Origin: Takakia lepidozioides
Lineage: Eukaryota; Plantae; Bryophyta
Direction: 5' to 3'
DNA: 64,000 nucleotides
Assembly (NCBI GenBank): GCA_030704615.1
Contig: CM060734.1
Span: forward strand, 39,246,001 to 39,310,000
Shown: positions 11,241 to 21,566 of the stretch, in pieces
Numbering within the stretch: the first letter of the stretch is position 1
Layout: each line of letters starts with the position of its first letter
Position numbers and translations under genes: made by a program
Notes under the pieces: generated by a model
Told to the model about the DNA's origin: nothing
Databases searched by the model: none
Seen by the model: the letters and a program-made list of their open reading frames with translations, nothing else

Positions 11241-11648
11241 GAAGACCAGACTAAAAACCTAGAAACTGCAACGGTGTGGACAGATCAACACGATAGTTTG
11301 TGGCCTCCATGCCTTCACCATACTGCAATGACAGTCCTAAAAAAAAGAAAACCCATCCTATTGTAGCTGGTATACATGCCCCCTTAAATATGTACTAGCC
11401 TCTGTTCACCATGCCAGACGCGTGCTTACCATGTCGGTCAACGCCATCAATTTCTGGCCATGGGTCATAAGTTCCAACGGCTTCATATTGACCAGCAAAG
11501 TACCCCTTCATCTGGAATAAATAATGAAGGATCCGAAATCCTGCAGAGTCTATGCCGAAGACCAGACTAAAAACCTCCACACTCCAAGGTGTGGACAGAT
11601 CAACACCATAGTTTGTGGCCTCTGTGCCTTCACCGTACAATGACAGTC
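11241..11648. repeat. ~95-bp imperfect direct repeat (11241-11336 and 11557-11648)
   Basis: Both copies read GAAGACCAGACTAAAAACCT...GGTGTGGACAGATCAACAC.ATAGTTTGTGGCCTC..TGCCTTCACC...CAATGACAGTC. Confidence 0.85.
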
Positions 11649-13854
11649 ATGACTTGCCTTTGTCAATAAGTTCATGCCTACAGCCAGCCGTCACAATTTC
11701 AATTAGAATACCCCAACACAATGCATGAAATCTAGCGGTAGAATGGTGACATGAGGGAACCCATTACATACTAATGATCATATTAGATATGACCCACCCC
11801 ATAACATGAGCCACTTTTGCCTAACACATATCAAATCCATGTGTGAGTTCATCTGTGCCTCACGAGGAACGATGGAAGTGGTGGTCCCCATTGCTCCAAA
11901 TAAGAACTGTTGCAGAAAGCACTCAGACATATGTGGACTATTAAAAAGTACCCTTTCATATGTGGACATGCTTCCAATAGAACCCTTTTCATATTTGGAC
12001 AGACCCTATCATATCACATACTTTCCATAGAATACCTAGGACACACCTTTGATCCATGTGCTCGACACATGCTCGGCAAATCAAAGCACACTCCCCTCAG
12101 ATGACATGTCGCACCACTCACTCTCTCAACAATAAGCCCCTTTTTTTTTGGCATGTCTTCATGCTCCGAATTGTAGGTCACTTATGTCGGAATTACAAAT
12201 TCAATGTGGTGCAAAACACTAATCATCTTTCATGTTTTGTTGCCTTTGCCATCCTTGGAAGCCTTGCCACCCTTCTTCCTTGTTTCCTTTGTGGACTTGA
12301 CAGGCTTAACATCAGTCTTACACTCCTTGGTGGATTTCTCATGAGCTTTACTCTTCTTCGGCATCATGTCAAGTTTCAGATTCTCTGGTGTCTTCACAAA
12401 ACTCTGGGTTTCATATGTCCTATATTAACTCCCTTCTACTTTGCTGGGGATGGTGTCTCTGGCTCACCATCGCTGCGAAGGTGTGGTTTGTGCGCCTTAG
12501 CCTTTGCAGTCAATTTGCGTTTGCGCTCACCAGTTCGGGGAAGAGCTTTCTTCTTAGGTATTGGTGAACGCTCATCAAATTTTCAGTTAGAAGTATCACC
12601 TTCACTACTATTGTCATCCTCTGCATTTTCAGTATCCCCATCCCTAGTTGAACTCTCATCCTCTTCATCTTTGTCATATACATGTTTGAACTGAGCAGGT
12701 GGTGATTCGGACTCTTCGGAGGAGTCAGAGCCACGATCGGATTTCAAGGCATCATCAGTATAATATTCCAGATCAACAACTGGAGTAATCTTCATCTTCT
12801 TCTTTCTCATAGGGCCCACCCCTGAAAAGGGGCAGTAGTTGCAAGGCGAAGTGACTCTTAGTTATGCTGGCTTTGGCCGGAGTCATCTCTCTCTCTTCTT
12901 CGTGAACGCCAGCACTTTTTCCCTTGATTTTGGTTTTGGACGATGCTCATCATGACGCCTCTTCTTTGTTGAGTGTTTGGATTGTTTACTAGAAATTAGT
13001 CCTTGAATGCAGGAGAGCGACCTTGTGTCTATGTACTATGGGCTCAAACGTGGCCAAGTGGTGAAAATTATATGACCCAACGAAACTGCAGGAAAACATG
13101 TTACATATCATTTGGTGGTGTAATCTCACTTGAGATGTGAGAAAAGGTCTTTGTACAATTGGAATATTCTGTCCGTGTCTCTAATGAATGGAATCCCTTG
13201 CATGAATAGTATTATGCATGTGTGACAAGTTGCTCGGTTCGTCAGGTGGCCATAACTACTCGTCATTGTATTTGACTTTCTTTATATGTGCTTTGGGCAA
13301 GCAAACAACGCACAGTTTTGGATGCTCACTATATCTTCATATGAGTTAGATCATAGTTTCTCGTTAGTTTATAGTTCTTTGAATTTGATCCGCATACAAC
13401 ACTACTAGTTTGCTCCAAATGATTGATTTTTCGACACAATTGTGTACCTAAAGAAAACTAAAATGTCTTCACTAACATTGCGACTCGTGTGATCTATAGC
13501 ATTTCAACTTCCAAATTATGTCAATCATTTTACAACGCCGATTTGTAACTATAATCTGGCAGGGCTTGCATGTATTCCATGCATTTGTTTTCCCCCTCAA
13601 GGTCCAGTTGCTTTCCTTGGAAAAAAAAAGAAAAAAAAAAGGACCTGGATGGACCGGACCCGTGAACCCGCTAATAGTTTCCAGCAACTACCCGGATCCG
13701 ATCCGACCTCGTGTTCAAACTTCCCAAATTGTTCAAACTTCCCAAAATCAAAAACCCATATCTGGACCCGGACTTGGTTCCCAAAAAAGGACCCCATCCC
13801 CACCCCACAGGGTTCCGTAGAAAGGCACTACCTGCAGAACATTGGTCCAAAGCC

Positions 13855-14159
13855 GACAACCAACATGTAGCCTAGTGGTAATGGGCACATACCACGTTGG
13901 ATGTGGTTGTGGGTTCAAACCACGGTCTGATGTGTCATGAAGATGTCCACCTTTCAGCTAGAAGCCGGTAGCCCGTGTGGTGAAGAGACACCATAATTTA
14001 TGCTCCCTTTGGGTGGCGTTGGATGTGGTTGTGGGTTCAAACCACGATCTGATGTGTCATGAAGGTGTCCACCTTTCAGCTGGAAGGCAGTAGCCCGTGT
14101 GGTGAAGAGACACCATATTTTATGCTCCCTTCGGATGGCGTCCGTAAATAATAAATAAT
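13855..14159 (+). mobile_element. tRNA-derived SINE with a tandemly duplicated ~122-bp body
   Basis: A-box TAGCCTAGTGG (13868-13878), B-box GGTTCAAACC (~13912-13921, repeated at ~14034), near-identical units starting at 13895 and 14017, and an AAATAATAAATAAT tail. Confidence 0.7.
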
Positions 14160-14657
14160 CGTTCAAAGCCACATTGGTGTATGTTGTATGTCACCGATCT
14201 ATCAATCTGTGTGCACTTCAGATTGAAACTCCGCTCGATGTCGGAGCTAAAAGATCCGATACTAATGAGTCGATCTTCATATTAGGACTTCCGTTTCAGT
14301 AGGCGCGATATCCCGTTAGTAAACGACGGGAAGAGCGGCACGTGCCAAGCATGGAGCACGTCCAGGCGTCCAGGCCTCTTGAATGTTCACACCCTAAACC
14401 CTTTTTGCTCCCTCTCAAATTGCAGGGAGGGACGACTGTTGGACACGGATCAGACGTGTTGTGTAGGTAGAAATCTTGCATTCTGCTGTGCTGCCAGAGC
14501 AGATTTGAATGTGAAGTGTTTGCAGTATTATCAGTGTGGCCCTGTGCTGTTTTGTCGATCATACATCTTCTGGCGGGCTGTTTCTGTTGTTATTGGACAC
14601 GGGGCAGGGTCTGGTTGAGATAGTGATCTTTGTGCATTTCTGGTGGAGAGGTTCACA

Positions 14658-17239
14658 ATGCAATATACTGCGCATGCGAGGTTACAAGCGAATCCGATTC
14701 TCCTCTGTTCACGGCGCTTCTCTCCATCTCCGGTTGCTCAGTGCCGTCCGATTGATGGTCGGGATGCATCAAAGATCCAGTCTCGAAGCTCCCTCTCCTC
14801 ACATTTTTCCCTCGTGGGGTTGGAGGTTTTGAGTTTGGTGCCGCATTTTGCAGTGGTGCAAAAGACATGTGGGAAGAGAAGAGTAAGAGTGGAGGCAAAT
14901 GTGGGAGCATACAATAAAGAGGCGTTTATTGATGATGCAGAATCGCAGAAGCTATCTCAGGTATTGAATGGCTTTGGTGATGATATGTGAATATGATTAG
15001 AAATAAAACGGTCTCAATTTTCACAGTCTGCTGGTTTTGCAGTGTGAGTTGGAGCTGTTAATTGTACACTACTGTTTGAATTCCTCAGCTCCACTTGATG
15101 CTTGCTTGCCAGAGGTTTTCCTTTTAAGTCAGTTTAGATTTGTCAATTAAACAGGTTCGTGGCAAACGCTCAAGTCCAGACTATGAGACTTCATATTCAA
15201 AACTGCCTTCCAGAGTTGCGACTGACTCATGCTCGATTGAGTGAATTGCGTTTGAGACCTTGATATAAAATGGCCTTGGGTGTGGCTCATAATGGCAGCT
15301 GATGTCCGGATTTGTAGACATTAAGTAACAGGGGTGGATTAAATTAACCAGCCTGACAAGCCAAGAAGATGGATGTATGGATGGAAGTCTCCCTCTGTAG
15401 ATCTTATTCCTCATTTAAAGAGACAAATCTCTGAGTGGAGTGGAGACCATCACTGGGTCCTGAGCTGTCTTCCTGAATTTCGAACTTTAACTGCATAGAA
15501 TAATCATGCAATTCAGAGAGCTTTACTGATTGATCCTCTGGTATGTTGGACTTTTCTTTTTCATGTGTCATTTCAATTTGGGAAGTTGAATGGTGTACTC
15601 CATTTGAATGAAAAGTGAGCCACTTGCAGCACTGTAGAGTGGCTGCATAATGAACCAACATTTATGTCCCTCCTGCCTTTGATTTTGAATCCTGCATTAA
15701 TCCCCTTTAAGAGAAGACTGGGAGGGGGAGAGAGAGCGTCCATATATTTTTAAAACTGATGACTAGGTGGCATGGTGCAGGTTGCAAAGCGTCTGGAGCG
15801 AACAGCTGCTTACTTCAAGCGTTTGGGGAGTTTGGGGTTTTGGGGCCAGCTAATATGCACAGTTGTATCAGCAGTCATTCTAGCATTCTCTATTGTGATT
15901 ACGGGTGCGGCCACGTCTCCTGTCACAGTCTACCTCACTGCTGCGGGTATCGCTACTGCTTTTCTGTCAGTGTTCTGGTCCTTCGGATATGTTCGTCTCT
16001 CTCACCGACTGCGGGAGACTATAGACGACCCCACTAAGGTAATCCTAGCTTGGTTTATGGAGACTCCTACTGGTGCTTCTCAGATGTGGAAAAGATACTG
16101 CTCCATTCCAGATGTCTGGTTTGGTGCTGCGGAGGTATGATGGAACAAACAGTGGACCCATATCTTGGTCGTATTAATACAAAAGTGTATGCACAGTTGG
16201 GAGGTAAAGGCCATTGTCATGCTTAGATGGAGTGCCACAATTTACCTGTTGAGGAGGCGCTTGTTGGTTTTATGGCTATTGAACCACTAATGATATAACT
16301 GCCAACTGGGAACATCTAGTTAAGTTCTCCCAGACTCAAGATTTCTACCGACCAAGAGAATGGTTGCAGGCCTTTATTGGAACGCACCTTGAAGTGGTAT
16401 CCTATGTCACCTAGGTCTTAAATGTCATGGGAAAGGTTTCTACAAGGCAGTTCTTCTCATGTTCTCAGGTAGTTCTGAACAATGTGGGTTTGATGAGTCA
16501 AGGTAGACAACCTTGTGTGAACTGAAAATTGATCAACATAATGGACCTTGAATGGACCTGAGAAGCATTGAGAGTTAGTTATGTGCATTTTACTTTCAAA
16601 AGGCTGCCAACTCATTTAGTCTAATGACAAAAGAGGATCATGGTTGCGTTGCAGGCACCCCCTCGTGCACAAGTGGTGAAGAATCTCAAGAATGGGATTT
16701 TAATAAACCTGGTGGGAATGGCAGCAACGCTGCTGGGCATGCAAGCCACTGTGGGAGTCTTGGTTGCTAAAGCTCTGACATCCTCTGCCACACCATATCT
16801 GCAAGGAGCACCTCCTGGGTACAGCCCTGTGCTGGCCCTAGACGTTTTTCTTGTACAGGTACTACTACAACACTGGTGAATCTTATGCCTGTAATTCTCT
16901 TGTTTAGGTAGCAACAAATTGTGTTTGGCATTCCTCCTCTGTAAGTCGTCTTTTAGCACCCAAGATCATGCCATTTGGGTGGCTGGATTCTTGTTACTAG
17001 GTGCAAATTTAGCAGCAGAAATGGATGCTACTTTCTTGCATGGACCATGGTAAAGGACTGACTTGAATTGATATGCCCCAGAACTAATCGGATGACTCTG
17101 ACGTATGCATTTCATTGTACAGGCTTCAGCAAATACACTGCTCTCTCACTTTCTGGGTGTAGTGTTCTCTCTTGAGCTGCTGCGATCAGTAACGCTCTCT
17201 CAACCTCCTCCTGAAAATGTGATTCCCAAGCCTGCTTGA
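14658..17239 (+). CDS. TIC21: Chloroplast inner-envelope permease TIC21/PIC1/CIA5 (DUF3611 family); exons 14658-14960, 15781-16038, 16655-16858, 17123-17239; 293 aa
   Basis: All four exons join in phase 0 at GT-AG sites. Peptides KLSQVAKRLERTAAYFKRLGSLGFWGQL, KAPPRAQVVKNLKNGILINLVGM and PVLALDVFLVQASANTLLSHFLG match TIC21. The Ser/Arg-rich N-terminus looks like a transit peptide. Confidence 0.93.
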
Positions 17240-18479
17240 AGAGGTCCTGTCTGAAGGATATTTCTACATAGTTCAATGTGCACTATGAGTTTGCCAGGCT
17301 GTACTTTGGGGAAGTGTGTGGAATATGTGGTTTGTTACATCCCTCTGATCTTTTGAGGCTGTCCCTTTACTCACACAACCTTCAGAGCGTCCCTTGTTGC
17401 GGTTGCTTTTCTGCAGTCGACAGTTTCCTCCCTATTTGCTCTTGTGTACTGCTGTTAAGGTGGAATAACCAGATTCAGTTGGAATGCAACTTGACAGACA
17501 AGGTCATAGCACTGGGCCTGAAGTATGAATGCCAGCAAATCCATGGGTGATCTTTCTATTGCGTTTGTTTATAAGTGCATAAAACTTGCTGATAAGAATG
17601 ACCCCTCCAAGGCCAGAGCAAGAATACGGTAATTGTGGAACCAGTACACCACAACAGCAGGGGGGTAAAATATGATTGTAGTTTAATGGTCACCTTGGAC
17701 AGCAATTTTTTCTGAGTGTAGGTTCCTGTTATCAAGAAACTAAAGAATTCCATAGCTTGAGTTGTAACCTCTGTTTTTAACCTTCCCTTCTACAGTGGTA
17801 TTGAGTTGCGCATGTGGCACTCAGCAATCTCTTTTCCTGCACACACAAGAACATGTCTTGTGAGGACAGTGTAGCATCTGTCTTAACATGAAAACCATGT
17901 CCAAGTCTCAAGTAGTCCCATACAACCTCAGCCTGGTTAAGTACTGAATAGATGTTTGGGGTAAATGAATTTAAAGCAGCAACAGTCATTATGACATTGG
18001 AATCCCACTACAAAAGCCCTTACCTCTAGAGAAGAACACGGACAGAAAGTGGCAGCCATCTGTTTCTTGAATTTGTTGGAGTTGCTGCTGCAAATGATGA
18101 GCTTAGATTTTCTGAAATCAATGAGTTGCTCTTCAACTCCTTAGTAGCAACTCACCACTCCATAGCTCTGCCCTTGCAGTCTCCAGACTTGTCTGATGTA
18201 GCAAGCTCCAACCTCCAGTTTGCATACAAGCATATTGCATTCTCAATCCATGAGGCTCTGACAGATTCAGACCTGTTGAAAACCCAGCCTAGGATCTGAC
18301 ATAGCTCTGAACGCACAAATAGATCCTGATATGCACAGAATTTGCAGTGCATCATAAACCCATGTGCAGTCAGGCTGTAATCCAAAAGGTCACCTGCATT
18401 CTCGGATTTCCTTGAAGTTTTAGGTCTTCCCCGCAAACTTGTAACTGTAGACCCTTTACTTCTGTAGGGGAGGGGTAAG

Positions 18480-19412
18480 AGAAAACAGAGAAAGATGATG
18501 TTTAAGCATACCTTCTTTTCTCTTAGTTCTAGCTGTTCCCTCCAGCAACAAACTTGAATCCAGGTCTCCATTGGAATCGGCTTGTTGATGCAATTCTTAT
18601 TTGAGCACCTCATTGAAATCTGAAGTTAAATGAACAAATGAGACCTTCAGTTAACCTCAAAATTGTATTGCACCAAAATGCAGGTGTAAGAGCTATGTGC
18701 ATTTTCCAAGCAAAGGTTCAACACCAATGTGACAAAAAGCACTGTATGTTCCCATCGGCCCTGAAACTCATGTGGACAAAGATTTGTACCTGATTCCGTG
18801 CTCGTATGGGTCTCCTCTAGCAGTTGCTGAGTGCTTGGCAGCAAGACTTCATTCTTGCGGGTTTCCTTTGTTGCTTGACCTCTCCACAGGCAGCTGCCCA
18901 TAGAGATGGCAGAGGAAACTCGAGTGGATGTTGAACAGAAGATGGAAGCTCTAGGGAATCACCTGAAGAGGCCTGCAGCTTATCCAAAGCCTTGAGACTT
19001 TTTTCTATACTTATTCCTGATCCAGTCCTGGTCTTGTCACAGCATTGGTTTTGGGGCTATTCGTTCTGCTACACCCTTGAACAAAATGTGATTGTCCCTT
19101 TCTAAATCCTCCACCCTGGGAAATGACCATACTCCTACATCCAGATCGGCATGGATGGAAGAATCCTCAAAGCCCCTTGTCCGAAAAAGGAGGGAATCGA
19201 AATTCCTCATTAAGTAGAACAAAATTACCCAATCCAAAGGTTCCACTGAAGTCTTTGCCATCGATATGCAAATGCTCAGAGAACTTACAGGATATAAATC
19301 CAGATTTTCTTTTAAGAAGGGTTAAAATCCCCATACCAATCATTGACCTCCAATTTCTGCTTACCATGAATGGTAAGGAGAGGAAGGAAGGGTCAGAGAG
19401 TAGTCCTTCCAT
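18480..19412 (-). mobile_element. Possible decayed LINE (L1) ORF1 remnant (DUF4283-like)
   Basis: Fragmentary peptides GFISCKFSE...GTFGLGNFVL, VWSFPRV...LFKGVAERI and INKPIPMETWIQV occur in the order expected for plant L1 ORF1. Broken across frames; weak similarity. Confidence 0.3.
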
Positions 19413-19551
19413 CTAACTGGCCTCCTCAGCCCTTGTCGCCGTGCCTGCAACAAAGCACACACTTTATCACTTGACCAACCCATCACCAGGTCTCTTCCCA
19501 CTCAGCCTCATTACCAAGAAAGCTCAGTCCAGAATGGCCAGCCTTCGACTA

Positions 19552-19980
19552 CAGAATGGACCCTCTATAAGTGGACTGGATTGTAGAATGAACCTTCTTT
19601 GGTGGACTCCACAAAGTGGGTGGACCCTCCAACAGACTCTCGAGAACACCTTGGACCCTCAGCGACTAAGTGGATTTGATTGTAGAGCCCACCCCCGCAA
19701 GGGAGCAGTACCTGCAAAGGGAAGAGGCTCTTATTTATGCTAGCTCCGGCTGGCGTCATATATATATATATATCAATATATATAGAGTGGACCCTCTCAG
19801 CGGACTCTGCAAAGTGGGTGGACCCTCGAACAGATTCTCCATAACACCATGGACCCTCTAGCGACTGAGTGGACTGATTGTAGAGTGGACCCTCTCAGCG
19901 GTCTCTACAAAGTGGGTGGACCCTATGGCACCTCCAGCACACTCTGTAGAAGAGACGATTGTTCGGTGGACCCTCTGGCG
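19552..19980. repeat. Tandem array of ~98-bp units built from (G)TGGACCCTC submotifs, interrupted by a unique segment and a (TA)n tract
   Basis: AGAGTGGACCCTCTCAGCGG at 19784 and 19882, with a diverged copy from ~19585. TGGACCCT recurs roughly every 30-35 bp. (TA)n at ~19758-19784. Confidence 0.85.
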
Positions 19981-20279
19981 GACCTGGTGGATGGGCGCTG
20001 GGCTTATGAGGTGACCCCATGGGCGGTATTGGCACGGTCCACAAGCGCATTGAAGACTTTAATATTAAAAAACGAGAGGCGCTGTAAATAATTGAATGAA
20101 CATAGTGCATACTCAGATACCAAAACCTCACCCTCAATCAAGAGTTTAGGTCAAGAATTTTACATACCATTGCCATATCTTTCTCCTTCTGTCGATTTCT
20201 CTTTGTTGGTCAAGTCTATGAATACCTGTGAAAGAAACTACTCACCGCCACTGCAAAGCCTGGTCCTAAAGGCTTCAAT

Positions 20280-20528
20280 TTAGACTTTCCATGCTTGGGA
20301 GGGGGGTGGGTGGGAGCTTTTCAAGCCGGGGTGACCTAACCTATGGAAATTGTAAGCTTTCCTCTCTAGATAAGGCTGTTTGTCGCAGCTAGGGAAGGTG
20401 CATTGGAATGCATCCCTATCCCTGTGAATGACTGGCTTTAGCAAGTACTCTTCGGCTGTGTTCCCGAGTCGTCCGTAAGGAGGATGGAGGAGACAATAGA
20501 CACAGGAGAGAGTCCGTATTTCCTGCCT
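20280..20528 (-). pseudogene. Startless open frame encoding one C2H2 zinc-finger-like motif
   Basis: Stop-to-stop frame containing FQCTFPSCDKQPYLERKAYNFHRLGH (20408-20331). Upstream sequence in the same frame has stops. Confidence 0.4.
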
Positions 20529-21566
20529 TCAGCTGTAGATAACAAACCTTTGGCTGGATTGCTCTCCGGCCATATTGATCTTAATTGCACAGTCCACCTC
20601 TTCTGGAAATGACGAGGGCGTCAGTTGAGATTATTCTACAGATGTTCAATGCATGAGTCGATCGCTTCAGGTGCAGGCTTCTATCAACGGGGTACAAAAC
20701 CATCTAGTGTATCTTACATCTTTGCGGACATGTCATTGGACTGGTGCACCTGTCTTCGTCCCCTTCTGATCTTCCTAACTCTAGTAAGTGCACTCAGCAA
20801 TAGGCATGAACCCCATGGTCTTTGCCTATTTGGTTGGGTTGTATTCAAGGTATGCCCTTTCAGGTGTTGCTGACAATCTCCTATTCTTCAGATGGCATTC
20901 ATGGCCTTGGTTTTTTATCCTCCCCTTTGGGGAATCCATCTTATATGCTTTCTTTGAGGACAGCTAGGAGACATGAATTGTTCGGTTATGTAGTTATATC
21001 TCTTCCCCTCATACTCCCCAAGGGTACATGCACGGTTTCGTAATAGCAGAACCCGTGTACACTCTCCCAAAACAAGTTGGCGGTGGATCAACGATTCAAG
21101 GTTGAGATATTTACTGTGGCATGAGTTGGACCTGCCGATGTTGATAGTACACACTATTCAGAACATCCATATGGTCAACACGAAAACTTGAGATACCGCC
21201 CTAGAACTGTCACTCCGGGCATAGTGATGCAAGAACTCAGGTTTGAAGAAGAACATTTCCACCGGACATTGGAAAGGAGTGATATAAAGCTCAAAATTGG
21301 ATAACTACATTGCCAGTTTTCTAAGTGACGGGGGCAAAAAAATATAGACAAAGTAGATTGCAAGCTTGTCCTGGCATGAAAGCAAGCATCTGCTAACAAT
21401 TATTTCTCTTCAGCGCAATACCGTCTGACGGACATTCAACTGTATTTCTAGCTTGGGAGTATATGTTACAACTACTTTTGAGTCAATATCATGCAAATCA
21501 AGGGCAATGACTGTCACTCAGTCATAACAGCCCCGTCATTTTTAGGCACCTTCCCAATCTCGTACC

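Noticed and set aside
12056-12694. 212-aa + strand ORF
   Set aside because: Probably the antisense shadow of a purine-rich, charged minus-strand region; no recognisable motifs.
13861-13930. tRNA gene (also at ~52464-52520 and ~55386-55459)
   Set aside because: A/B boxes are present, but no convincing cloverleaf or anticodon arm; body and tail structure fit SINEs.
19552-19980. CRISPR-like repeat-spacer appearance
   Set aside because: The repeat core is only ~9 bp, the spacers themselves repeat in 98-bp units, there are no cas genes, and the context is a plant nucleus.
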